Below, piece after piece: positions 34,712 through 48,600 of a stretch of 64,000 nucleotides of DNA. The stretch covers positions 71,013 through 135,012 of the forward strand of contig NIVC01002856.1 in the NCBI GenBank assembly GCA_002269645.1, written 5' to 3'. Origin of the DNA: Macrostomum lignano (taxonomy: Eukaryota). The translations under genes and the position numbers were made by a program. Below the pieces are notes generated by a model. It did no database searches, was not told where the DNA came from, and was given only the letters and a program-made list of their open reading frames with translations. Each line of letters opens with the position of its first letter. The first letter of the stretch is position 1.

Positions 34712-35070
34712 CAGGGATTCTAGCTTAAGTGTCAGGGATTCCAGCTTGAGTGTCAGAGATTCCAATTTGAGTGTCAGAGGCTCCAATTCGAGTGTCAGGA
34801 TTTCAATTAGGGTGTCAGGATTTCAATTAGGGTGTCAGGATTTCAATTAGAGTGTTAGGAATTCAATTAGAGTGTCAGGAATTCAATTAGAGTGTCAGGA
34901 TTTTAATAAAGTATCAGGATTTCAAATCGAGTGTCAGAGATTCCAGTTTTAGTGTCAGGGGTTCGATTTTGAGTGTCAGAGATTCCAGCTTGAGTGTCAG
35001 GGATTCCAGCTTGAGTGTCAGGGATTCCAGATTGAGTGTCAGGGATTCCAGCTTGAGTGTCAGGGATTCT
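34712..35070. repeat. 20/21-bp degenerate minisatellite (GTGTCAGGGATTCCAGCTTGA)
   Basis: Direct inspection. Confidence 0.9.
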
Positions 35071-35380
35071 GACACCCAAGCAGTTGCCCCCCCCCCAAGC
35101 AGTTGCTTGTAAGTTCTGATTCGTTTTGGCCACTGCGGGCCAATAGAGCACTCGATGCGAACTGTATGCTATCTACCGCAGTAGTCAAGAACAAGAGGAC
35201 TGGCATTGTGCGGCACTTTTTGAAAAATAGCTTTCAAATTTTCCAGGTAGCACGGAAAACCGATACCAGAGAAAGGTGAGTCGAAAGTGAAATAAAATAC
35301 CCAATATTTATGCATTCTGTGTTTCTGGGACGTTATAAATCTAGCTACTTCCTGAGCACCTGCTTCCCTCAGTGCTGGCA

Positions 35381-35535
35381 GTTCCGCCTTCATCCTCACC
35401 GCCGGTTCCGCCTTCATCCTCACCGCCGGTTCCGCCTTCATCCTCACCGCCGGTTCCGCTTTCATCCTCACCGCCGGTTCCGCCTTCATCCTCACTGCTG
35501 GTTCCGCCTTCATCCTCACCGCCAGTTCCGCCCTC
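35381..35535. repeat. 24-bp tandem repeat (TTCCGCCTTCATCCTCACCGCCGG), ~6 copies, ending just before the GPCR ATG
   Basis: Direct inspection. Confidence 0.93.
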
Positions 35536-35553
35536 ACCGTTGCAGCTCCGACA

Positions 35554-37557
35554 ATGCCATCAGAGAAAAACGTCACCTTCAACGATGCCAGCCAAGCGGC
35601 CATCTGGACGGCTTTCTCAGCCCTGATGATCGTATCAATCGTTGGCAACGGCGTTGTGGTCTGGATAATCCTGGCGCACGCCCAGATGCGCAGCGTGACG
35701 AACATCTTCCTGCTCAACCTGAGCCTGTCGGACATTCTGCTCTGCGCCCTGCAGGTGGTGCCGAACGTCTGCTACGCGATCGTCAGCTCGTGGAAGTTCG
35801 GCCTGTTTTACTGCCGACTGTCTAATTTTATCACAACCTTCTCCATTTCTCTGTCTGTTTTCACCTTTATGGCTATCGCTATTGAGAGGTAAGCTTCAAT
35901 AAAACCTGTGAGTATTGAATTTCATTTTAGCATTCTGAATTCGGAGCTGGGCAGAGCAGCTCAGCCGGGTTCGATTCTGCACTCGGGGGTCGTATTAAAA
36001 AAGTGGCCTGAGGGCTTGTCGTATGATTCTTGTCTACGAAGACGGAGTGGCCTCTGAGTCACCGAGCGTACATGTCTGACAAAGAGAAAGTCAAGGCCGT
36101 GGCGTTGTACACCTGTGAGTGTGCTTGGGTACGTATCCGTGGGCGTGCTCAAGGCGTCAGCGGGTAGGCCAGGACTGGCTGATGAGGGCCGACTGTCGCA
36201 TTGGATTTGCTGATGCGACCGAAGCCCTCCTACGAATTGACTTACTACTCTTAGCATCCTGCCTTAAGCCCAGTACTAAAAGCTAACGCAGTCGCTCATT
36301 CTAATCACTATCAAGGTACATGGTAATCGTCTATCCACTGCGCCCCCGGCCAAGACGTGGCACCATCATATCCAGCCTGGTTTTCATCTGGGCATTCAGC
36401 ACCCTCACAGCTGCTCCGGTGGCTTGGAACAGCAACATTGTGGACGAGCTGACAGGCTCCGTGTCCTGCAAGATGGAGGAAAACATGACAAGGACGTGAG
36501 CAGATTCTATTTTAAATTAAGATTCTACTCATATTTTAAACATCTGTTGAATGTTTTGTTAACTACAGATAAGTACATTAGGAATACGTATCAAACCGTC
36601 CAGGTACAACTGGATTCTGCTGACGCTGCAGTGCCTGGTGCCCCTGATTGTGGTCGGATTCACCTACATTGTCATCGCTATCCGGCTATGGAAGCAGCAG
36701 CCAATTGGCGAGCAGGTGTCAACACATCAGGCTGAGAATATCCGCGCCAAGAGAAAGGTGGTTTAGGCAAAGTTAATGAACACTTACAAGCATAAAAATT
36801 GCCAACAAGATGCAAAATGCACAGACTTTAAAGAGTGAAAAAAGCAGTGACACTTGACTTTAGAATTTAGAAATTTTAAAGGTGCTGTCGATAAAACAAA
36901 AAGCCATCGAATTCCTCGCCTCGCAGATTGTAAAGATGATGATCATCGTAGTGCTGATCTTCGCACTCTGCTGGATCCCCTACCAGTTGATGTTCTTCAC
37001 CGTGAAGGAGGCTTGGCAGTTCATCATTCTGTACTTCATAGCCGTGTGCAGTACTGTGCCCAACCCGTTTATCTACTGCAAGATGAATCACAAGTAAGCC
37101 AATCACCCAAACATGTAGGGCGTATCAGCCTGGGGCACTAAACTACGAAGCAATTAAAAATGACTAGGTTGGTCATAAGCTCGAATGGTTTCTCTGCAGC
37201 TTTCGCCTCGGTTTCAAGCGGGCCTTCGCCTGGTGCCCGTGCGTCACAATCGACATGGAGAAGTACAAACTGCTAAGACAGCGCCGGCACACCAACTTCG
37301 CCTACAGTTTGACTAAGAGCGAATCGCGAGCGCCTCATCATCAGTCTCTGTTTCTGGCCCAGCGCCAGCACCAGCCGCAGCACCAGCTGCAGCAAAGCCT
37401 GTTCGCTCGCGAGCGCTCCCGTAGAATGCAGTGGTCGAAGAATCTCGGCACCAACTGTCCGAACGAGGCGTTGGCCAATTCGACTGCCTCGCTGTCCGTC
37501 ATGGTGATGGTTGAAGCGCCCGCTGCTGCCGGCGCCGCCTCTGGAAGTCGCGTGTGA
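35554..37557 (+). CDS. Rhodopsin-family neuropeptide GPCR, tachykinin-receptor-like, 5 exons, 397 aa
   Basis: Exons 35554-35888, 36316-36495, 36604-36757, 36927-37093, 37200-37557 are all in phase. Motifs GN.VVVWIILAH..MRSVTNIFLLNL, ER|Y..IVYPLRP, AKRK|IVKMM, CWIPY, NPFIYC.MN.NFRLGFKRAF.WCP. Confidence 0.9.
35960..36175 (+). mobile_element. Diverged family-A-like repeat preceded by a B-box-like motif, in GPCR intron 1
   Basis: GGGTTCGATTC at ~35967; later CGTACATG...AGGCCG...GTTGTACACCTGTGAGTGTGC...GTGCTCAAGGCGTCAGCGG resembles family A. Confidence 0.45.
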
Positions 37558-39622
37558 AGAAGGCGACAGAGTTCGGAGTTTCGGGACAAAGTGGACAGAC
37601 GGTCAGACCTGACCATATGCTGAACTGTTATCATTTACCATTCATCACGTCTGCATGTCTCTATTATACAGCTCTTACAGTGATTTTATCTATGCTTTAA
37701 TTTTCGATGTTCAAGTAGTCACCAATGATTAAACAATATTCTAAACCCGATTTTGTCTTGATTTGTACAGTACAACATGGGTGTTGGATCCTTTTGCTCG
37801 CTAATAAGCTTTTAACAGCTCCCAGTCAGCAGCTGACCCTCCGAATTTTAATGCTTGTTGTGCCCAAAAATATCAAAAATCCAATTTGGCTTGAAGACAA
37901 GTCTTTGTGCAACCCTTTATTTACCTACTTATCCGAAAATACAAAGACTTGATACCGTATGCCCAACAAAGCGAAATAATTTTATGTTGTGCAAGCGGCA
38001 TTGCGGAAAAACTTTTTGTTCTATTGTTTTTATTTCCTAAATTTAGCTACACGAGCTTAGAGAGAAAACTTCATCATATTTACTATACTATTGAGTAGAG
38101 AGGTAAGTTTATAACATATTTAAATTTGAAACGAACTGAAAAAAATTCTTCGCTGTCAATTGTATTTAGCAAATGGAAGGCAGGACGGGTAGGGCGGTTG
38201 ACCCAGTCGCACGTTGTGAAGGCTGTGAAGACTTTTTATCTATTTTGCCGATTAGTTCGCTGGGTTGTTCGGCTTTGCTCATTTAGCTTACTAAGCTTAT
38301 TGAGATCAGCTGTGCTGCGCCAGAGCTTGAGTGTGAGCGAAGTGCTCAAACAACTATTTCTATGCCTGCAATCGGCTGTAGCGTTCGTTTCTGGTCGTGT
38401 TTCGCTTCGCTGCATGGGGAGAAGGGGCTTCAGGTGGACAACAGGCTTCGCTAGAGCTGAAAATGTTATCTCCAAGGCCAGCCCTCCGCCGCCTTGTCGC
38501 TGCACACCTATTTGCTTTAACAGCGGCGTGTTCCCCCCTCCCCCGGAGCCAGAGCCTGCCCGCCCTCCCCAGACTGGGGCATGCTCGAGCAGCGCTGTGC
38601 TTCGCTGGCGACCTGTCACTAAACACCGACCTGGGGGGGGGGGTGGGTGCATGGGTGGGTGGAGTGGTGAGGACATGGGAAGGCTCATTCGGCCCGTTCC
38701 ATTAGCCCGTATGCCTCGGCCACGTGCCTCACCTATGCGAACGGCCTAATTCTGTTCCTCTCTCTCCCTCTGTGTGTTTCTTATCCCGGTTTTTCACACA
38801 ACTGAGTTTGGAAGAAGCAAAGCCCATAGCAAATTTTGCCCTCTGAGCCAGCCTGTTCAGCGAGTCACTGGAGTGAATCGAGGCGTCACAGAGAGACAGG
38901 CAGACAATACAAAGCTGGCTACAAAAGCTCAAAGCATGCAGCAGCAGTGACGCGACAGGAAAAAAATTGCTTGCAGAAATCAGTGCCCCCAAAGACAGTG
39001 TTGGCCCAGGTAAGCAGTTCGAAGAAACTTCCAAGCGAAGTGAGTTTTTGATTGGAAGTTTATGTTTATTCATGTCAATATGTCAGCTTGTCTAGACCGC
39101 AAGATAGAGCTGAACAATGCCTGGTTTGTGCTGCCCCGCATTGTAGCAAGTCAGTCAGTGAGTAGAAGTAGGCAGCCATTGGCTCAGCTAGGAAATCCCA
39201 TCTTCCGGGAGGAAAGCTTTAAATTGGCAGAGACTGCTCCAAAGCTGTTCGAATATCCTCATTAGAGAAAAATTCGTTCCCGTCAGTGGAGGTCAATTTC
39301 TGTCTGACATCGTCTTCACTCCGAGGTAAGAGAATCTAAAATTACAAAATAAATTAGCTTGTAATATGCTTACCGTTCCAAGAGAGAGAGAGAGAGAGGG
39401 GTGACATCGGCTTCATGTCCGTCGCTTGTTCGAGGCTAGAATCGAAAATTGTTCTTAAATAATTTACAAACTATTGCAGTAGCTATGGCAATTACTGGGT
39501 TCAGCGAAAGAAGCGGTTCATTAAAATTTTAGTGTCAGAATTTATTCCTCATGAGCCTACAATTGTGAATCTCAACTGAAACCTTCCGTGTGAATTCAGA
39601 GGACCGAAGTCAGCCCGTAAAC

Positions 39623-42600
39623 ATGACGGACCCTCCTGAGGCAGGCGAGGCCGTGCATCCTTCGTCGGCCATTGACGAAGCCGCCGTGGAGTCCTGGCTC
39701 GAAAGCCATCCAGAGTTCTTTGAGGACTACTTCTATCGAAAGGCCACTCGCCGCCTGGTGGACACCTGGGTTTATCGACGGGTCCGCACGGCAACAACTA
39801 CGAGCTCGCACGGGGCAAGTTTCAGTTCGTTTGACTGGCACAGCATCCCGGAAACGCTAGCCCAGCAGCAGAACCAGCAGCAGCAGCCAGCCGGGGGAGA
39901 CTCCGCCATCCAGGAGGAGATCGAAAGCAGCGTGAACGTATCTCGGTCCACATCCTGCAGTAGCAACGTCATCCGTAAAGTGTCCAGCGAGTTCGTCTAC
40001 CTGGATCGAAACCAGAGCTCATCGCCGCTATTGACGAGATTTACGGACGGCTCAGCCTCCTTTATTATTGACTCCATGGTGGCGTCACCCACGCTGCCGC
40101 GAACACCGAGCGGCCTGGGAACGAGCAACAAACATCAGCAGCAATCTCAGCAGCAGCCTCTTCCACAGCCAGCGCAGCCGACTGCTGAGCAGCAGCAAGC
40201 GCCAGCGGCGGCATCGTCTGGCGCACAGGGGCTGCGTGCTTTCGCCGAGGAGGGCATGCTGCGCGAGCTGGTACTGGACATTTTCCACGAACTGGACGTG
40301 GCCACCCTCTGCCACAAGATCCTGCGCAATGTCTGCCTGCTGATAGGCGCAGATAGGTGCTCGCTATTTTTGGTGGAATCGGCACCAGGTCGGTCTCAAC
40401 TGGAGCTGGTCAGCAATCTCTTCGACGTCACTGCGGACAGCTGTTTGGAAACTATCTTGGCCAACCACAGCTCCATCCGCATCCCCATCGGTCAGGGCAT
40501 TGTGGGCAGCGTCGCTCTCACTGGCGAGCCAGTGCGCATTGCGGACGCGTACCAGGTAAGCCGCATTCCAGATAAGGGAGAATTTGAAAATGTGAGTGGA
40601 CCATTTGTAGCGCTGAGGATAGTGCGTCAGAGACAGCCTCTCATTGTGTTCGCCACTCACTTACTCACAAATCACCAGTTTCTGGATTAGATTTCGAGGG
40701 GGAAAGACCTGGGATCTTTGCGATTTAGAGCTTTGGGCCCGCTCATGAAGCCCTATCAGCAAGTGTACACTGCCTGAGGTTGAGAAAGTGTGGCAAGTGT
40801 AACATTAAACGTGAGCGTGCGCCTGTGTGCGTAGCCTTGTTCTTGTGTGTGCTCAGCGACTACCATGAAAGTCTTCACAGAAGGATCTACTATTTAGGAA
40901 TATTCGTCAGTTTAATTTGGCATTTCTCTGTCGTTACGCAGAGAGACCAATGTCGAGAGTAAACTACCCAGTTACCTGCCCAGATATTACTTGGACGATC
41001 CACTGAGCCGAGTAACAGTGCACACTGAGGCCAGAATCTTCCTCCCTTAGAAACTTCTCGATAATGAAGAGAAAGCAACTGAGAGAAATTTTCCACATTG
41101 CCAAACGAAGCCCAGCTGGTTTGACAGGAAGTAAAGGAGGTTTGCCGTGATGAATGCTGCTTTCTCCAAAGCCTTTGCAGCCTGGCAGCAGGTTTCTGAT
41201 TAATTTAATTTCTGATTAATTTAATTTCGGCTCAAACGTTCAGCCTTACAGCCGTAGCTTGGGGATTCTCTCAAACATTTCTATCCCACAAGACTTTGTT
41301 CTTATCTATTTACTTGTCCATATTCATTACTTTGAACCAACTAACCATCTTCAATCTCTTTTATTTTTCTTCTTCCTACCAACCTTGGCCTAATCGACCG
41401 TTAACTTTCTCCCGGCACATTGTCACCGCTCCTATTCGTCAAAAGCAGATTTCCCTGGAGGAGCGCTCTCACTATAGCTAATTAGCTTAGCTGTCTGGCT
41501 GATTTCCCGCAGGTAAGCTTGGAAACTGCGAGCTAATTGCATTTAGATCGCCGCAATCTGAGCTAAGGCAAGAAAAGAACCCCCTCACATGAGTCTAGCG
41601 GTAATGTGTACATACCAGTTTTATACGATCTTAGATATGCCTAAGAGCACTAGGTCCATGATGCACATTTATTCATAAAGACTCTGAAACAGTGTGAAGC
41701 AGTCCATTTAGGTTGAAGGACGAAATTATGACTCATTATATACGGTAGTGTAACGGTGTTGATATTTAGTTGTTCGTAAATAATATGGTATGATTAATGT
41801 CTCCTTAGTATTGTATTAATTTATCTACTATTCATTAGCGAATTTTACAAGTTCTTCAATATGTACGCTTACAATTTGTTTTACGGTAATCTTTCACAGA
41901 AATATTGTACTATTTAAAAGACTGTTAAATCGCTATTTTGCGCTCGGCGCGTGCTTTTCGGTTAGTCCGCCGCGTGGTGCCCGTCCGCAATAGCTTACCA
42001 CCAAGAATTTAACGGCAATGAAGTTTATCCTGTCTGTTCAAATATATAGGCCGTAAGAGAGGGTCTTAAGAGGGTCTTAAGAGAGGGCCGTAAGAGAGGG
42101 TAGGAGACGGTCTCTCACTGCGAAGACTCAATTTATTACATGGCCGTTAGTACCGAACTTAGAAGGGTCTCGTCACAGTAGCTACGAGTATGCAGCTACA
42201 ATATTAGAGAAAATTTACCTTTTTTATCATTATCGAGCCCTACAATCTAGCTCAAGATGCGTTGCTTGCGAAGAAACTTACCTGTAAGTTGCACCACCAA
42301 TCGTGGACCAAAGTATCCAGCTTCGACTTCGTGCGCGGTCACTTTAGTTGGAGGATTCGTTAACAAAAAAGACTACGAGTGTGTACATGTCGGACGATGA
42401 GAAAATCAGGGCTGTTGTACACCCCGAAGAATACCCTCTGCGATTGAAAAGCAACAAAAACAAACCGCAACCCCCCCATTCGTTAGGACGAGCGTTTCAA
42501 CGCCGAGATAGACAAGCAGACCGGCTATCGGACCAAGAGCGTCCTGTGCCTGCCCGTGAAGGACCACACTGGCGCAGTGATCGGGGTGACTCAGGCCGTG

Positions 42601-45600
42601 AACAAAAGGGACGGCGGCGTGTTCAGCGAGACTGACGAGAAGGTAATGTCGCTTTTCATTAGGCAAGGAAACAAACAGAATTGATGGCAATGATTCTACA
42701 CTGCACTCCTTTCAGACATTCGAAACCTTTCTCACCTTCTGCGGCATTGGAATTCGAAACGCCAAACTGTACAAGCAGTCGCAACTGGAGACCAAGAGAA
42801 ATCAGGTTTAATTTTTTTGGAATGATTTGGTTGTGCTTTCTACCTTCGTTAAGGATGGTAATAGATCCAAAATTTATCCATTCTTCATTGAGAATGCGGG
42901 AAATATTTTCTACTCATCAGTAATTTCTCAAGTAAAATGACAGGCTGTTTTAACTCAATTCCCAATCCTTTTGGACTTTTGGTCAGCAAAATATAGAAAT
43001 TGAGCGGTTATCCAGAATCTACCATGCATTTACTATCCGTGCGTTGAGAATGGATCTCTGACTGTTTGACAGGAATATAGTTTGCACAGCAATCAGACTA
43101 TAAAGTTAGTGAAGAGTCCTAAACTTTTGATAAGAAAATATACTGTATTTTTTTAATTATCAAAAAAAATTATCAAATTTCTTAAATTTTTGACAGTTTA
43201 CGTACCTTTTTGAGTTCATCAAATTCATTCTGAACAAAAGTTAACGAACTCTTTCTATTAAACACCTTTGAATCTCGCCCTTAAACCTCCTACGCAGGTA
43301 CTTCTAGACATGGTTCGCATAATATCGGAGCAGCAGGACAACCTTGATCCCCTGGTCAGGAAGATAATGCACTACATGCAGTTGATAACAACCTGCAGGT
43401 GGTGCCAAATTCTGCTAATCGACGATCCAACGTCAGTTGAGGTGCGTGCAAAGGATCGCAAGATATTTTTGGAGTAAAAAAGTTTAAAAAAAACCTTGCC
43501 AACTGTAGTGCATGTGGGGAAACTGTTCCTTGCAAACTGACATACAACAGAAAAACTACGCTAGGGTTTTAGATTAAGTTCGAGCTACGCCTCACCACAT
43601 ACTGAAGAATTTCCTAACGTTGTCCTGACTGCAGGGCATGTTCGATCACGCGTTCGAGCTGCGCTTCGAGGACGACGACGCAAACTCAGCGACAGTGCAC
43701 GACGGAGAAAGCCGACAGCCAGCGGCTCCTGTTGTCACCGACTATTGCAGGTTGGGCCGGTTTTGTGCTATTCAGCTAAGCCATTAAAAACGAAAGTTAA
43801 TTTGCTCTACTGGCTTCGCTTTGACTTCTGTTTTACAATTTCAGGATGCTACTTAACAGCGAACTCATAAGTCTTGTATGCGACACTGGAGAGGTTAGTA
43901 GACCTATTTTTTTATTGCTGATTTTTTATTTTCTATCTTTCAATGGTATTATATCCTTACGTTGTTTATTTACTTTGGAATTTTAGCCGCTCAACATTTC
44001 GAATCCCAGGGAAGACATGCGGTTGACAGTAAGTTCACCGTCACTGAACCTGGACGTAGTGACTGCTAGTGCGCCATCTGCGTGATGTGTAGCCGGAATT
44101 AATCAAAAATTTTCATTTCCTTTACAAGAGGGGCCAAAGTGGTAACGCGTCCGACATCAAAGTTTTCGGATGACAACCATTTCACATTAATTTGGGCTTC
44201 CGCACGGAATGCTGGCCTGAGGCCTGTGTGACTTTCAGGGCACACGCACGGGAGGGATCCTTGCAAATATTGATTCATAAGCTTTCCCTGATTTATCGTC
44301 AAGCAGTAATTCGAATCAAGTTATGATACGCCACAGTATTCGGATTCTCGGTTGTGCTCAGGGTCAGTCGACTTTGTATACTAATTAAAATCCTCGTTAG
44401 GAGCTGGAGCGCCTGAGCATCAGCGCACTGCTCTGCTTGCCAATCAAGAACGCCCAGTCGCGCGTTGCCGGCCTCTGCCTGTTGATGAACAAGTCTGACG
44501 GCGGCGCCTTCACGTCCGGCGACCAGCAGCTGGCGGAGGCCTTCGCCCTGTTCTGCGGCCTCGGCATTCACAACACGCGGATGTTCGAACGAGCCGAGGT
44601 GGCCAAACGCCGGCAGCAAGTGGCGCTGGAGGTGCTCAGCTATCACGCAGTCGCTTCCAGTGAGGACGCGCAAAAGTTGGCCAAGTGTCTGATACCGTCG
44701 TCGAGGTTCTTGGGCATCAACGAGTTTTCCTTCTCGGATCTGGCGTGAGCAGCTTTTCTATTGCTATGCTCAAAAACGGGGAATGAGATTGATGAATGAC
44801 GTACAATAACTACTAGCTCGTATTTATTTGTATGTGGATGCGGCAGTTCTAAATTTTCGACATTACGCATGCAAAAACTACACCCTCATACGTTTTTTAC
44901 GTTTCCTGCAGTTATAGATGGAAAATGAAGTAACCATCACCTAGATTGCACATTGCCCAATTTTTACGGCTTCAAAACGCCTCGTACTCTTGGGTATAAT
45001 TAGGTATGAGTATATGGACTATGAAAGTGCCAGCTTGTACTAAACTGTGAAAATGAAACTTGGGGAATATGAAGCTCGGGATATTATGTGCCCTGGAAAA
45101 AAAGCACCTTGGAAAATTGCTCCAAAAAAGCTTTTTTATCTTTCATCCATCTACTATGCTAAATGTTGAAACATAAAACATTGTCTAACCGAACCGGATA
45201 GAATGAGCGACGAGGAAACGCTGATAAGTGTGATCAAAATGTTCGAAGACACCGGCCTGTTCTCGGCCTTCAAGTTAAACTACGCCAGCTTCTGCCGTTG
45301 GATTCTGTCCGTGAAGAAAAACTACCGGGCGGTCACCTACCACAATTGGCGGCACGCGCTGAACGTGACGCAGTGCATGTTCGCCATGCTGCGGGTGAGC
45401 CGAAATAAGCATAATTCTTTTAATTAACGGCCCATAGTTCAGACTCATTTCAGCTCATAAGCACTAGCAAGAAGCGGTAGGGTAGAATTTATGACTGCCT
45501 TGTAAGATCAATAAGTGCACCTAAAAAGTGTCTAAAATACAGAGAGGGCAATATCTTGATGGCGGTGACCTGTGGCAAGGAAACGGTTATCGTCACTTCG

Positions 45601-48600
45601 CTCTCCCCAAAAAGTTTGCATCTATAATTTTAGTACCTATAAGTTTTTGACGTTAAGACAGAGCAGCTCAGCGTCAAAACGAAAATTTGTGTTGTCTTGC
45701 AATGAGTGCCTTGAGGGCCTACATAACAGGATACGAGCTATCCGTGTGCCTGCATGTGCTCAGGTGTCAGCGGAATGAGTAGAATTGCCTCAGTGCTGGT
45801 TGTGAGATGATGTCACCGAAGGAATTGCGCCAGGGTGCCCCACAGCCTTCCTGAAATTATTTTTAATATTATGCTTTGATGCTGATTCTGTACCATAAAA
45901 CCCAGCGAATCAGTCTGCTCAAATAGCCTCAATAGCATAATCTTTCGACTATGTCCGAGGCTAATGCTTAACTTCGTTATCAATGGATTCAAGTGCTTGC
46001 TCTATAGCATTTTGCCGCTGTATTTACTCCAGGAAAAGAATACGAGCATATCGCTGCTGCACGACAATGCATTTAGTTACAGAGAAATCCTACATCTTAT
46101 ACATTGTTATTACATTCGTGCCATGTGAAGAACCGAGCCTTGCATGCAGTTTGTCGTACAATCAGCAAAAAATCGAGTCTTCTCGTCAGGCTTGCACGCA
46201 AATCTTTGCTAGTATAATCACGACTTGATTTGATCCCTATTGGAGGCTGCGGGATCCCTTCGGTGACGGATCGGATAGGCAGAGCTGGGTGCTCATGCTC
46301 TTATCAGACAATCCTCAGCAGCACAAGACGCTGCTTGCCTGCAACCGAATGCAACTGCAGCTTAGCAGTGCACGGGGATCATATTTTCCTCAAATACTGA
46401 GCCACGCAGAATTGCCTTTGCTTCCTCTTCAGGAATAAAACAGTGGAGTAAAGAGGCTTATATATTCTGATAAGAGCAATTGAATAGAAGGTAATATGGA
46501 AATATACACGTGACTGAGCTGCGGTAAACTTTAGGTAGAAGAGCATTGAGACAGTTCGACAAAGCAAGCAGTAGGAAACGCATGGCAGGGTACGCCTTCC
46601 AACTCCGTTTCGACCCGTGTGGCACTCCTGAATTGAGCTTACCTTTCTCTAAACAAGCTTCTTCAATTAAACGAGCTTTCCTCCTTAAACAAGCTTCCCT
46701 ACTTGAACGAGCTTCCCTACTTTAATAAGATTCTTGCGTTAAAAGAGCTCTCTAACTTGAATTAGCTTCCCATCACCTTCATCGGACTTTTCTTCCTGGA
46801 CCAGCTGCCTCCCACGCTAATAAAGCTTCTCCTGTCTACCTAAATAAGATGGCTTCCTTCTTTCTAACATTCTAAAAATGTATTTCCATGCACAAATTTT
46901 TTCTTTTATTCGCATCAATTTCATTTCAGACATCGCCAGAGCTCAGAGGCCTCAATCGTCTGGACAAGCTGGCCCTGCTAGTTGCTTCAATCTGCCACGA
47001 CCTGGACCATCGAGGCACAGACAACAAATTTCAACGGCTGACCCTGTCCCCGCTCGCCCAGCTATACTCGTCATCAATGCTGGAGAGGCACCATTTCAAC
47101 CACACACTGCTCTAGAAGGGCACCGAGGGTGAAAAAAATGTACAGAAGAAAATTTTTGAATTTTTGCACTCAGTGGACTGGCCCTTATACCTGGGTGTAA
47201 TATAAAAAAAATCTGCCAATTTGCTTCCAGAAAATTGGCCTTTTCTGCTTTTTCTGCAACAGTCTGCTTTTAGTTGTCAAAAATCTGGAAATTAAAAATG
47301 TTGTGCTCAATTTCTTGACTTTTTGGATACGTGGCATTGATCAAAATGTCACTACACAGTAATGACCTCTTTGATGACTGCTATAAGCTGCCAGGATGTT
47401 TCAGCCATAGACAATTTAATAAATTCCATACCTGATGATATTTTCATTATGTACGCTCATAATTCACAAGAAATTAGGAAAATGCGCAAATATTAGCCTT
47501 ATTGCTTTCAAAAAGTTGGCTCTGCCATTTTGCGAAAATTCCGCATTTACATGTATTTCAAACAAAGCTATAAATAAAAAAAGTAGGTATATTATCATTA
47601 TTAATTTGCAAATACTTTTGCTTAAACTGAATGCAAAAAAATAAAGGAAGCATTTTAAAGAAATAGTATTAGATGATTTAACAGAATTAGAAGGTAAAGT
47701 TAATATAGGTGAATTGAAAGAATATAAAAGCATTGTCATTTTTTCATTGCATGTGGCTACCAAGGTGACGCAAGAATTCATCACATATGTCTCGAGTTGT
47801 ATATGATAGTGCATCGCAGCAGCCGTTGTGGATACTCTGGATGCGTTAAAGCTGTCCGAAAGCCTCTTGTCCACAGCTGGCCAAAGTCACTATGGACGGA
47901 CTCGCTCGCCTGTTCGGACCAAAAGCCAAGGCCGCGATATCGAGGCTGCTTCCCATTCTCCATGTGACGGTTTTGGTGCTCAATTTCTGCCTGAAGAAAC
48001 TCTGGAACATGTGCTAGTAGCGCATGTACCTTTGGACTAATGTTGATGTCCAAGCTCATAAAAGCGCTGGAAAATTCCGAAATGGCTTGCTCAAATCCAG
48101 GCAGCAGCTCATTGCCAAAGCACAGTCGCTTTACATTGCTGAAGCAGCGCATAGAATGGAGAACTGGCATCGAACTGAAAGCACAATGGTCGGTCAGGAT
48201 CTGCTCAAGGATATCGACTCCTTCAAGTAGCTTGCTGCATTCATTACCATTGAATGTTCCACCATGCTGCTTTGAACGGCAGATGTTCAGCTGTCTTGTC
48301 CAGGCTGCTGCAGTCACTACGCCACCAGTGTCTGTCGTCAAGCGTGAATCAAGCTCATCATACAGCCTATTAACGATTCCTAACATTAGATGGAGCTCCA
48401 TTGGTGGGATCAGCTGTAGAACAGGAACGCTGTCATCTGCATCCAATAGAGGTTGGTGAACACAGTTTTTGAAGCATGCAGCAGAAATGCTTTGACATCT
48501 GCTTTTTTGATCATTTGCCTGCTGGAACTCTGTTGCTAATTGTCGAATCCGACCAAGTGTGCGCGAGTTTGCTCCCGAGTTTTGCTGCACGAACTTTGAC

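Noticed and set aside
35283-35292. ISRE-like GAAAGTGAAA upstream of the GPCR
   Set aside because: About two or more GAAANNGAAA matches are expected by chance in 64 kb on both strands.
36176-36230. Hammerhead-ribozyme-like CTGATGAG motif (also at ~51337)
   Set aside because: The required GAAA is GAAG, stem II is mismatched, no stem I/III was found, and the motif is not shared by family-A copies.
36882-36926. In-frame 45-nt alternative acceptor extension in GPCR intron 3
   Set aside because: The downstream acceptor (36925-36926) has the better pyrimidine tract and gives the family-typical KRK-IVKMM junction.
38126-39073. Several 100-200-aa ORFs upstream of the PDE gene
   Set aside because: Overlapping frames on both strands in GC-rich, promoter-like sequence, with no domain signal or splice support.
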